This document shows positions 37,941 through 50,095 of a stretch of DNA of 64,000 nt, one piece after another (the first letter of the stretch is position 1; each line of letters begins with the position of its first letter). Source of the stretch: Octopus sinensis (Eukaryota); NCBI RefSeq assembly GCF_006345805.1, contig NC_043009.1:36394001-36458000 (forward strand). Reading direction: 5' to 3'. The notes under the pieces were generated by a model. The model did no database searches. It was not told where the DNA came from and saw only the letters and a program-made list of their open reading frames with translations. Position numbers and translations under genes: made by a program.

Positions 37941-38071
37941 ACATTATTTACACTTGACGGATATTTGTCCTCATCTTGTTTGTTGTTAACACGTTTCAGC
38001 TGGTATACCCAGGTTTGAAATTTCCCGAAGACACCTGATGAGGACAAATATCCGTCAAATGTAAATAATGT
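37941..38071. repeat. Inverted repeat, 35-bp arms, 61-nt spacer
   Basis: ACATTATTTACACTTGACGGATATTTGTCCTCATC versus GATGAGGACAAATATCCGTCAAATGTAAATAATGT: 34/35 complementary. Confidence 0.92.
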
Positions 38072-38692
38072 CACAAATGGTTTTGACATTTCATATTAAC
38101 TGAAAATATATTATCAAACAAATGAAGTAAATGTAATAAACTCTGTGCGTTTTCCCAATGAAAACATCAACTCTTCCACTTATTCTTTTATTTGTTTCAG
38201 GCATTAGATTGTGGCCATGCTGGGGCACCACCTTGAAGAATTTTAGTCAAATGAATTGACTTCAGTACTTGTTTTTTTTTATTTTTTAAGCCTGATACTT
38301 ATTCTATCGGTCTCTTTTGCCATAAACATAAGACCAGTTATGAAGCAGTGGTGGGAGACAAACACACACACACATATATACATGATGGGCAACTATCAGT
38401 TCCCATCTACTAAATCCACTCACAAGGCTTTGGTCAGCCCAAGGCTATAGTAGAAGACACTTGCCTAAGGTGCCACACAACACAATATTTACACTATGAC
38501 TAGCATACTTGTTTTTGTATGTGTGTATAACAGAAAGAGAGAGGGGAAGATGATTTAAAATATATGTATATACTTCAAAAGACATGATATATTTTTTTTT
38601 ACAAATTCTAGGGCATACAATGAAAAATTATTAATACTGCATATAATAATGGTGATGATGATGATGGTGGTGGTGGTGGTGGTGATAATGAT

Positions 38693-38725
<33 letters not shown>

Positions 38726-39239
38726 TACAATTATTATTAATGCTATTAATCCTCAATAATCCTTTCTAGTGAGTTATTAGTTATTCTATTTATTGATCGT
38801 TATAAATAAGCTCCACTTACAAAAGACATCTAACACTATTAATTGATTTTACAACCTCATTACAACATAAAGCAGCCAACATTTACTCCAACAAAAAAAA
38901 AAAAATCAAACAAACGTGTAGCCATATATTGTCTTAAGATTCGGCCTTTAATCCAATAATCCTTTGGTGTTTCATAATTTTTGTTTATGTGAAAGATTAA
39001 TTTTGAGTAAATGGACACAGCTGAAGATTGAAATGGATTTAAACTGTTTTTCTTTGTGATTCTGTAACTATCATCACTACTGCTATCATCATCACCACCA
39101 TCAACATCCTTTCTATGTCCATACTTGTATGGGTTGGATGGCTTTCGTATACTGTCATAACCCCTTTTATCCTCGATATACATCAATGTTTCACAGTTGG
39201 ATGTCCTTCCTACCAACAACCACCAGACTGGGTACATAC

Positions 39240-40740
39240 ATTTGGTTCTACCAACACTGGAGATTTTGTTTGTGACAAGACTAAAACAATCCCATCTGCC
39301 CTCTATTAGTTCTTATTAACAGATACTGTCTTCCAAAATGAGTCATCATCAATGCATCTACATCACCATTCATTCCTTCTATCTTGGTTATAAAGTCATC
39401 TAAAGAGAGATAACTGATTGTATGCTCTGTCTGAAAAGGGATTGACAAACTAGTCATTTCAGGAGGAGATCTTCCACAAAGCACCACCAAAATTCTGGGA
39501 CCAACAAGCCAGATAATCTTTACTATAGATAAGCAATGACTGGCAGACTGGGATCTAGGAAAAATCACATTCACAGGAACATACAACTTTTGTAAACTGT
39601 AGACTTTCATAATTCAGCTTTATTTTTCATCATTTATAAAAGTGAAATGGTTAGTGTAAGATATGGTATTGAATGACCAGGATAAGAGCTCTAAATTCAT
39701 AGACAAATACAGGCACATCCAACACAGATTCTAGATTTATTTAAATTATTTCCACCTCTAGAGGATATGTCATAATTAAGACTTTGGAGAATTTTTGATA
39801 ATCTTGAGATTATCTTCCCTATGATACATCCTCTACAGGTGGCAGTAATTTTTATGAATCAAAAAATTATGTTACATGGTATTTGATATGGCTGTGTTGG
39901 TCTAAGGTATTCTTTCTAACTCCTACACTGCCGCTATTACTTTTGATGGATTCGATTTACCTGTGATGGGAGAGAGGGAGATGGTTATTGATATTGAGTT
40001 CTCTCTCTCACTTGTACAAAAGCTTAAAAAAAAGTTGAGATAACTATCATCTCTAAATACTCCTTGGAGCAGGCTCCATCATCATCAGCCAACAGAAGGG
40101 GTAGGATGATAAGAAGCTGGGTGTCTTTAGCAGAATAATTCACTAGGTTATGAGTAATCTATTACTTATAACCATTACTACAAATCTATTGTCATCAGGG
40201 GCTACTATCCCCTATACTCCCACTACATAAGTGCTACACCCTACTGTTTTCTGTCACTTATCTATACAGACTTACTGTTTCCTCTGATGTTATTGAAGGA
40301 TGTCTAGCCCCTGATTGTAGATCAGTTGTTAACCTCTTCCATTGTCACCATTAACATAAAGCTTTGATACCTTCTCTCAGTCCACAAGGAGTAATGATAG
40401 CTTGTACCATCACTTTCACAGCAGTTATTTTTAGCACTGCTGGGCTCCCTCAACCCTCCTAAGGAGCAAATCTGATGGGGTTACCAGTTTAGCTTGCAAC
40501 AACCCAGCCCTTGTGTTTCCAAGTTGGGTTCTTTCTACTGCTTTTTCTACTATTTAGTCATATAATCATAACCTCTAACTGCATTTTTACTCCTTACAAA
40601 ACTTGGCAAAACAACCAAAATTCCATAACCAACTCTCAACACATTTGTAGGGATTTCTCTCACATCTAAACATTTCGCCCTTAGACATCTCGCCTTTTCT
40701 TTGTACCAGTTTATAAAGCTCTATACACATATGTGTCAAT
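39240..40740 (-). mobile_element. Possible highly degraded LINE 5' region (endonuclease-like)
   Basis: Only weak resemblance of broken minus-strand frames to RTE APE-domain spacing; no intact motif. Confidence 0.25.
39743..39851. repeat. Inverted repeat, 32-bp arms, with an internal 8-bp hairpin in the spacer
   Basis: AAATTATTTCCACCTCTAGAGGATATGTCATA versus TATGATACATCCTCTACAGGTGGCAGTAATTT (27/32); the spacer contains GATAATCT-TG-AGATTATC. Confidence 0.8.
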
Positions 40741-41051
40741 ATATCTCATCATATTGTTTACATGTCAATCAATTTTAATCATGGAACCCAAATCCACATT
40801 TTACAAATAATCTGTCATGTAAATTTTTTATAAGACTTTGAAATATAACAAAAAATTGGATAAATTTTAATCATATAAAAAAATTTTGTTTGAAAATATT
40901 GAATAAAATTTGTTCATAAAATTAAATTTTATCACATTTTAATCCTTTATCTTGCAGAATCCCACAAAATTTACAAAGAAATCCAAGCTTCATCAGAACC
41001 CAGTTAGACAAACTATGCTCTGAGGAAGCCATAACCACACATCAATGGGTG

Positions 41052-41758
41052 TGTAGCATGGCAGTTTCAGCCATTTTGAAATATGACTATAGCGATTTCT
41101 AATATCGTCACTGTTGAAAGGCAAGGCAAGAACTGATCTCGTTTGAGGTTACAGCCATCTTTGGCCAACTAGTTCCTGTTGTAAACACTAACCTGATTGG
41201 TTGACACGTGACGCGATTTGTCTCTACTTATTTCGAGGCAATGTCCCGAAATAACCAATCATGGCCTTTGGTTAAGATTCCGTTTTTGAGGCTCGTTTGA
41301 GCCAACCAACCGGTATATAAAGGAGTGTTTTCAGACACTTTTCGTCTTTTAGTTCCAGTTCTTCTAAGAACTAACTTTAGGCCACAGCGTTACTCAACCA
41401 AGTGATATACGATTGTTCCGGCTACTACCGGCTACGCTAATGTACACAATCATAGAAAGCCTACTATCTTCCCCGTCGCCACCATCATGTACCTTCTATG
41501 CCAGCCGCATTCACCCTGATTGTCCTGCCACACACACGAACACACAGACACAAGACATGCGAACGCTTACAAACTCCTAACGTTGACACGATCGTGAAAT
41601 AAATAATATTTATATCTCAACAGCAAGACTTGTCGTCAATTCACTTATGTTCTATTGTTACTGCATATATTTATGGCTTGTAGTAATTTGTTAAGAATAT
41701 GACCACGTGCGATCGTATTCCCTACACGATACGACCACATGTGATCCTATTGCTTACA
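41052..41758 (+). mobile_element. Solo LTR (707 bp), probably Gypsy-type
   Basis: Termini TGTAGCA...TGCTTACA; 4-bp TSD GGTG at 41048-41051 and 41759-41762; CCAAT-like motifs; TATATAAA at 41314-41321; AATAAA at 41598-41603; visibly CpG-richer than the flanks. Confidence 0.85.
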
Positions 41759-42769
41759 GGTGCAACTATCTGCCTCTATTGTTATTGGCCATCATGGAGC
41801 TTTCTATGACCATTTGAGCTGTTAGAAATCACAGCCAAATTCCTTTAAATCATACCTACTGTCTCCAGAAAAAAAAGATTACACTGGACAATGTCATACT
41901 ATATATTAAAATATTGAAACAGTCTTGGCTGGAATCATGACTAAGTTGAGCTAAGCAACAAGAACATAGATATGTGCATATGCATGTGTGTGTGTGTGTC
42001 CAAATATAATGTTTTTTTTATGATGTTTTACATTTTCTCATTAAATCTTTGTTCAGCCAGGAACTATAGCATTCCTAAATCCATTGACATTTCTAGAGCT
42101 TCACAGTCTCATCTTCTGAATGAAGTGACAGTAGTGGCATTGTTTAATCGCTAAATATTTGTAGTGTTGGTTTATGTTATTGGATAAACCAGCATTCTCA
42201 TTATCTTGAATACCCACTAATAAAAGCAAAACACCATTACTGTAGTTTCAATTAGAAGATGAGACAAAGAAGGTCTGGTAACTTTTAACGTATTATAACT
42301 GTTACTGTTCAACATAAAACATTAATGAGGAATTGTGAAAAAAATTATAAATAAAAATAAACTCACACATAAACATGTCTTAAATATAACCTACATACAT
42401 ATATCACCATCTGCTATTCTATGTTGACATACACACACAACCACTACCATCATCATCATTTAACATGGGCTCAACGGCTTGACAGGGTATGGCAAACAAC
42501 AGGGCTACGTTGAGCTCAAGTGTCAGCTTAGGCATGATTTCTAAGGTTGGATGCCCTTCCTAATATCAACCACTCTGCTGTGTGTATGGGGTCCTTTTCT
42601 TTTCATGCCACCACCACTAATGAAGTTGCCACGTAACTTATAAAAGACAGCCGACTTGAGCAGGATTTCAACTCAGAAAATAGAGGGACGTAATCAAATA
42701 CAAGCCATTTTATCCAACACTATCAAGTCTGTCGAATACCACCATGTGAACATCATCATCATCACCATT

Positions 42770-43110
42770 GTTTTAACATCAGCCTTTCTATGCTTGCATG
42801 GGCCTATTCATTAAGGCAGATTTTCTATGGCCAGATGCCATTCCTGTCACCAATTTTCACCTGTTTCCCCACAACGGATATGTTTTTATGGAAAATTAGA
42901 AGTGAACAACAATGCTTGCATGTCAGCGATGCTCATTGACAACTAACACATGATGTAAAGGCAAAGGGACACACTCACACAATGAGCTTCTTTCAGTTTC
43001 TGCTAACTAAATCCACTAAAAAAGCCTTTGTTGGTCAGGGGCGCTGGGGAGACTGAACCCCAGATCATGCAGCCGGGAAGCAAACTTTTTAGCCATACAG
43101 CCATGTCTGT
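42770..43110 (-). mobile_element. tRNA-derived SINE with RTE-like 3' tail
   Basis: Minus-strand head GACATGGCTGTATGG...GGGGTTCAGTCTCC, body CAGAAACTGAAAGAAG, tail CATCTGGCCATAGAAAATCTGCC...CCCATGCAAGCATAGAAAG...(GAT)n. Confidence 0.7.
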
Positions 43111-43851
43111 GCTTAGTGATAATTTTTAAAAGTATCTTGTTAATTAAATTTATCAAACAGATGTTTCTTGTAGAGGGTTTTTTAGTAAGACAGAGCAGGG
43201 AAATGGTAGAGTCACTAGAGTTTCAAACAGAATGCATTCTGGTATTTGCTCTGAGTCTGTACTTTGAGTGCAGACCCCACCAAGGTCAACTTTGCTTTGC
43301 ATCCTTTTTGGGGTTGATAAAAATGCCCCAATCTTTGATGGATGGATGGATGGTGAGTGGGCAAAACTACAGTCAGATACCTTACAAATTTTTTCCAGTT
43401 CTTTGCAATCAGAGTTCAAATCCCATCTTGTCTTACTTGTGTGATAGAGTTAATCTGTCACTCAGTTGAAAACCAATACCTGGCACCCTGAGAACCTTTA
43501 ATGGAGTTTTTACAGTTGCAAGCACTCAGGCCATGTCACTGATTTGAGAATACTTTCTTCCCACCAATCTTAAAGGCCTTGTAAAGGGTCACAAGCATGG
43601 ATTTCCTTCCTGACTAAAAGAATAAAAGCAAATTTTTAACCTTGTTTAAATTTCACATTGTTATTCCTCATGAAGATAGCACCAAATTTCTCTCTCAATA
43701 AGAATTACTAGCTTCATTTAAATTAACTCAACTAAATTTGTGAGAAGTTCCTATATCTTCACTCTAACAAAACTGTCAAGTATTCAAAAAAAAAAAAATG
43801 AAAACAGATAGAGACATAAAAGCTGTCATCAGAAAGCAAATAAATGCTTAC

Positions 43852-43960
43852 CTCCTGGTTCGCAGTATTTATTATGTCGCCAATACACGTAAGCAGCAAT
43901 GAAACAACATGATATGTTGAACACAAATAAGGTAAATTTGGTTGAATAAGATTTCCTTTC
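43852..43960 (-). CDS. PGAP2: PGAP2 internal exon (109 nt)
   Basis: Acceptor ttttctattctAG and donor GAG|GTAAGC. Encodes ERKSYSTKFTLFVFNISCCFIAAYVYWRHNKYCEPG (cf. DRKSY...YFRHNMYCEAG). Confidence 0.93.
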
Positions 43961-44464
43961 CTAGAATAGAAAACAAAAATAACAAGCCTGAATGGTTATA
44001 GAATGTTTTATAAAAATTCATTTTAATGCAATTATGTAAATTCACAAATATATAACAATACATCTTGGTAGAGTCAATAAACCAAATAACACACACACAG
44101 TATTACATTACATTTTATTATTGTTTTGTGTTAACAATATTATTTCATGTATAACTTAATTTCAAAGTCATTCACCATTTCTTTCACTTGGATAATTATG
44201 GTGGCTAGACATAGCAACCAAATCTCCCTCATACCACTTTATGCACGACTGGCATGAGAGTGATCTTCGACCAAATTACGTCACAGAATAGAAACGTTTG
44301 TAATGTCAAGTGACAACCACACATTAAATGACAAGTTCTAGTGTACAGTGTTTACATGTCTGTACAACTTTAATACTCAGTTGTATTAACTAAATCAGTC
44401 ACAAAAAATTCCTGTTATATATTTGATCATGTGACCTACTGATGATTATAGATTGACAGTTTAA

Positions 44465-44681
44465 CCCCTTAGCATCTTAACCGGTCACATCCGGCCAAAA
44501 TATTCTACCTGTTTTATGTTCAAACTAGCCAGATTCAGCCTCTTACACCTACCCTAGAACGTCATTCTAAAAATAAATAATCACATCGAGATTTCAAAGC
44601 TGTGAGATAATGCATGGCTAATTCAAAACAATGTGAATATGTAAGCATTACATCTGGCAGAGCAATCTGAATGCTAAAGGG
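44465..44681. mobile_element. TTAA-flanked (piggyBac-type) MITE, best-preserved copy
   Basis: TTAA|CCCCTTAGCAT ... ATGCTAAAGGG|TTAA (TTAA at 44461-44464 and 44682-44685). Confidence 0.8.
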
Positions 44682-44894
44682 TTAAAACTGGAAGCACATT
44701 AAAATGAAAAAATAAATAAATAAAAGACAAATAGTAATAAGACAGACGGCAGTGCAGTATGTTCAAATAAAATTTTTTTAAATCTCATTCAACAAAAAAA
44801 AACTAATATGGTAAACAGGTTTGGAAAATCAGGAGAGAATGTAGAAAAAGGGAGCATTACCAAATGGCTAGAAAATCAGCTAGGTGATAGGTAT

Positions 44895-45650
44895 ATTTAG
44901 CCAAGGGTAAAACAGAGAAGAGGAGATTTGTACATGTCTTGCAATGTGAAGCTGAGAGGCATGAGGTGAAAATAGTCCAATCCTGGAATGGCATGTCCTT
45001 GACAAGGGAGGTTGCCCATTACGTTGTTGGTGAGTCTGGGATGACATTGACATCTCTTTTCTTCAAGTTTCTGACATCGGATTATTTCAAAGCATGCAGC
45101 TCCTTCATTACAGAGGAGCACCAGGTTTGCCAGTTCCAAACAAAGTATTCAAGTTGTGCCAGTTGAATGTTGCAGGATTTGAGGACAAGCTTAAGATAAT
45201 CCCTGTGAGGAAGCTAGAGTCATTTCATATCCTTTGTCTCCAGTGAATTAAACATATTACTTGGAAAGATAAGATCCCCCACACAGAAATTCTCCAGCAA
45301 GCAGGAATATCCAGCATTGAAGCCAACATCCAACACCATCTTCTGAGATGGGCTGGCCACATTATCAGGATGCCTGACAATTGTCTCCCAAATATGGTCT
45401 TCTTCAGAGAGCTTTCAACCATTGTTTGCCCACACAGGGGTTTTGTAATATGCAAGAAAGATGATTGCAATGATATGGACAGCTGTATAAAGTGTTAATC
45501 CCTTAATGTGGCTGGAGTTTGTGGAAAAGGGAGATCCAGTAAAAATTGGATGATGTAGTGAAGACTCACCTTGGGACCCTCAGCCCCACAAGGGAGATGA
45601 CAAAGGACAGGGTTGTCTGGCCATATGAGGTTCTCAAAGAAACCCACTCA
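44895..45650 (+). mobile_element. Mosaic of degraded RTE-clade LINE fragments
   Basis: + frames give HITWKDKIPHTEILQQAGISSIEANI...LRWAGHIIRMPD..LP and a later W.DVVK...MTKDR..W block. Confidence 0.6.
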
Positions 45651-46194
45651 CCTCATCAAAACTAAATTCTGGAAGCACTGTATTTATTGCACTCTTCATC
45701 CACATGTTACAGCTTCCCACCACCACCACCACTGAACCAAACTACCTCTCATCATGCCTACAACCTACCATGCTGCAATCTACCCCACCTTATTTCTCAT
45801 TACTCTCTTGCCACTCCTCCACCTTGCTCTCCTCTGCATCCTTCTACCTTGCCCAGCTCTTGACTGTGATATCACCCTTCAATCCTACCCAATTTTTACA
45901 GTTGTAGGCTGCCTCTTTATCCCCTCCCCTCTCCTGTTTCCTATAAAATCTTGCAAACCCCCACTCTGCTGACTTCTATTCCTCTCATACATTGTGGGGA
46001 TCACCTAGATACCTCATCTTTACTATCTCATCACAGTTCCTACTGATCATTCTCTCCCTCCTCTACTTAATGTGAGTAGCCATGCAGCTCTTCTACAAGA
46101 ACCAGTCCTGTCGCCCACTTCTCACATACTTTAACCCATCATCTCCTAGCATAAAGCTGACTTCACTTAGAGTTAATAGACTTACAATTCGCAT

Positions 46195-46374
46195 GGCAAC
46201 CTCACTAGTGCTGGTGGCACAAAAAAATCTTTCAGGACATGCTGTAAAGTGGTTGGCATTAAGAAGGGCATCCAGCCCCAGAAACATGCTGAAGCAAACA
46301 CTTGGACCCTCTAGATCTTGTCAAACTATCCAACCCATGCCAAAATGGAACATTGATGTTAAATGATGATGATG
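46195..46374 (+). mobile_element. Degraded RTE-tail element
   Basis: GGTTGGCATTAAGAAGGGCATCCAGC...AACCCATGCC...TTAAATGATGATGAT. Confidence 0.7.
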
Positions 46375-46599
46375 TAAACAGACCTTTCTAATGGGGCCAA
46401 TTTACTCAAATTCATTCACAGAATAAAAATTTAATACAATAATGATTTTCTGTTTTACCAATTCCTGTTGAGTATTTTTAATAGTTCAAACTATTTTATA
46501 ATTGCAAATGAAACTGGGTGGTTAAAACCTGTAGGGATCAGTGCTGATGGGGTTTCTTCAATATCAGGAAAATACAAGACTGAAGGCTCATTATTAAAG

Positions 46600-47410
46600 C
46601 TATGATACTAAGTGCCAAATGGACATTGCTGCAGACATGAAGAATTGATAGCAAGTACCAAACAAAGCTGAAGATAATACTGGATGAGGCAGTGAATGTA
46701 GTTGATTTTATTTATGTCCTTTAAATTGCCATATTTTTAGTGTTTGCTGCAAGATATGTGCAGTGCTTCCAAACACAGATTCTCAGGTGGTTAGGTGCTT
46801 ACTTGCATACTTGAGTTACATGATGAAATACAATATTTCTTCATAAATTATTCCATGGTAGTGAATATTTCAATTTTTCATGGCTAACTACTAAGGTTTA
46901 TACGTCTCACATTTTGACATATTTGAACGGCCTAAAACAGAATCTTGAAGGTAGACTCCCAAGTATTTTTAAGGCTGAAGTAGAAGACCTGGTCAGGAAA
47001 TTAGATTTGTGGTTGAAAATCAGTCAAAAAAGTCTTTGAATACTTTCTGGACATTCTGTGACTTTTTTGCAAAGTCTAACCCCTAAGAAATAAGAAACCT
47101 TTAAAATCAATTTTTGCAAAATTTAAAGGACAATTTTAAGGATTATTTTTCCACTTCTTGATACTAATAATAAGTGAATCAGGGATAGATTTCATGTAGT
47201 TGTAAATACCATCAAATATTTAACTTCAAATGAAGAAAACAAACTTTAACGTCTTTTTGAGAAACCTCACAGAAGTTATACTTCATTCAGTATGGCTTCT
47301 CAAACTTTTAGTTACCTTCAAAAAGAATACCTATCTAACTAATATTTAAAGCACTGAGATATTTAATGCTATTCCTCAATACATATTTATATGAGCACAC
47401 TTTCCCTTAG
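46600..47410 (+). mobile_element. Degraded Buster/Charlie-type hAT transposase
   Basis: Broken frames HCCRHEELIA, KLKIILDEAVNVVDFI, ILRWL and WLTTKVYTSHILTYLNGLKQNLEGR...KLDLW. Confidence 0.7.
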
Positions 47411-49274
47411 CTGTTTTATATAATACAGGATTAACAATGCTAATAATAATAATAATCCTTTCTAATATAGGTACAAGGCCTGAAATTCTGGGGGAGGGGC
47501 AAGTCGATTACATGGATCCCAGGGTCCAACAAATACTTATTTTATCGACCCTGAAAGGATAAAAAGTAAAGTCAACCTTAGCAGAATTTGAACTCGGGAC
47601 ATAAAGACAGATGAAACGCTGCTAAGCAATTTGCCCAGCATGCTAATAATTCTGCCAACAAAACCTTTACTTATTGTGATGATGATGAGGAGGAGAAGAA
47701 TACTAAATACAGAGTTCAGGTGCACTACAACTGCTTTAAAAACAGTAAAAGAGAGCAGAATTTGGAAACTGCTCAAACCAGTTGACCATTGAATTTGAAA
47801 TGTGGAATACAGAATCAAAAACAGCATCAACCAGCTCATTAAACAAGCATCTTTTGTCTTGATTTTTTATATCTATTTAATTGCATATCCAGTATCCAGT
47901 TATATATATATCTTTCCACTAAGGGATGAAACAGGAAAAACAAGTTTGTTTGAAGTTGATAAAACTGGTTCACTGAGTCTACGGACATTTCAGAAGCCTG
48001 GGAGTTCATGGGGAAAATTCATTAAAAAGGGTTTTTGAGGGAAAAGGTTCATAGTTACTGGTCACGTCATTCTGTTCACAAGCAAACCTTCAAAAAGGTG
48101 GACATACAAGGCTGCAATTAGACTAAAAAATATAAGACCAGTTGATAGTGCATTGGCAGAATTGTTAGAGCATCAAACAAAATACCTTGTATTTAGTTTG
48201 GAAATTTATGTTCTGAGTTCAAATCCTGCTGAGATCAACTTCACCCTTCTTAGGTCATTAAGTACTAGATAAATGCTGAGAATCAATTTAATCAATTCAC
48301 TCCTCCCCACAAAATACGTGACTGTCTGCCTATGCTAGAAATTATCATCATCATCATTGAAAGTTGGATCTATGAATTCTGTTCTGCCATATTCCTAGCC
48401 ATAACAACTTTTCCAAGCCTCTCTTTAACAATAGTTAAGTACCAAAGAGCAAAAATTATTTTTTTAAAATCTAGAATAAGAACATACTACACATAAAAAA
48501 TGTTTTTGAATACCATCATCTTTTAACATCCACTTTTTCATGCTCACATAGGTCAGGCAGAAATCACTGAGATAGATTTTCTATCGTTGCATGTCCTTCT
48601 TAGTTGCCAACCCTCACCTGTTTCCAAGTAAACTAATATTTTGCCATGGCCAGAAATGTTTTCTACAGAAGATTACAAACTAGTGGTACCACATGTATAA
48701 CAGTGAAGCTCATTAACAACTATCATGTGTGATCAAGACACAAACATGCACACACCCATACATATAGATGGACAGATAGACAGATATATATATTATATAT
48801 ATATATCATCATTTAATGTCAATTTTCTATGCTGGCATGATTTGGACAGTTTGACTGGGACTGGTAACCCAGATAGCAGCACCAGGCTCCTACAGCTGGA
48901 TACCCTTCCTAACATCAACTACTTTACAAAGTGTACTGAGTGTTTTTTCTGTCTTACCAGCAGGGGTGCTTTTTACATGTCATCAGGTACTGACAATGAC
49001 CACAACTCACTAAGCTTGGCATTACTTCTCAAGCAATACATACACACATACAACTAAGCTATAGTAAAAGACACTTGCTCAAGGTGTTATACAGTGCAAC
49101 TGAACCTGCAACCATGTGGTTGGAAAGCAGACTTCTCAACCATACACCCAAATCCATGCCTATCATTATTTTATATTTTTCTGATTTTTGTTTCCAATTT
49201 TGTTTGCCTAAAAAAATCTATTAAAATAAGGATTTCCTTTATTTACTTAAATTAATATAAAATAAGGTCCTTAC

Positions 49275-49390
49275 TCTTGCAGACATCGTCCTGCCATCGT
49301 ATGTGCGGCCCCATTTCACTAGAATTATAGTCAACAGCATATAACACAAAGAAGATACAAGAAATGTGATGAAAAACTTTTCATGAGCAT
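49275..49390 (-). CDS. PGAP2: PGAP2 internal exon (116 nt)
   Basis: Long T-tract plus cAG acceptor and AGA|GTAAGG donor. Phases match both neighbours. Encodes (Y)AHEKFFITFLVSSLCYMLLTIILVKWGRTYDGRTMSAR (cf. [20 protein letters not shown]). Confidence 0.93.
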
Positions 49391-49723
49391 CTGAAAAAAA
49401 AAAAATAAAAAAGGAAAAAAAAGTGAATATAAAATCAAATCTTGAATATTATTTTATTTTAAAATTCTTAAAATTAACTGCATTATTTTTATGCATACAC
49501 ACACAGACATTTAGGAATTATACATTACAACAACACTGTTGTTTGAATACATAGACATATATTTCCAAGGGTAATACTCCTGCCTTTAAAAAAAGATATG
49601 ATGATTCACAAATGAACTTAAACACCTACAATATCATTGTTATTCTATGAATATATTGAATTCTTTGTTATAGCTGTTCCACATTCACTATATGTATGCC
49701 TCACCGTGTGTGTGTGTGTGTGT

Positions 49724-50095
49724 ATCATCATCATCATCATCGTTTAGCACCCGCTCTCCATGCTAGCATGGGTTGGACAGTTCAACTGGGGTCTGGAAAC
49801 CCAGAAGGCTGTACCAGGCCCAGTCTGATCTGGCAATGTTTCTACGGCTGGATGCCCTTCCTAACGCCAACCACTCCGTGAGTGTAGTGGGTGCTTTTTA
49901 CATGCCACCGGCACAGGTGCCAGACGAGGCTGGCAAACGGCCATGATCGGATGGTGCTTTTTACATGCCACCGGCACGGAGGCCAGTCGGGGCGGCACTG
50001 GCTACGGCCATGTTCGGATGGTTCTCTTACATGCTACCGGCACTGGTATCACAGCTACAGTTTCCACTGATGTTGATCTATTTTGATTTTGATTT
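49724..50095 (-). mobile_element. RTE-tail element with extended 5' part
   Basis: Mirror image of 21722-22080, including the GATCAACATCA.TGGAA..TG.AGCTGTGATACCAGTGCC block and (AAATC)-like repeats next to (TA)n. Confidence 0.85.

Noticed and set aside
39281-39610. 109-aa minus ORF as a nested gene
   Set aside because: No splice context or family motif; at best a degraded LINE sequence.
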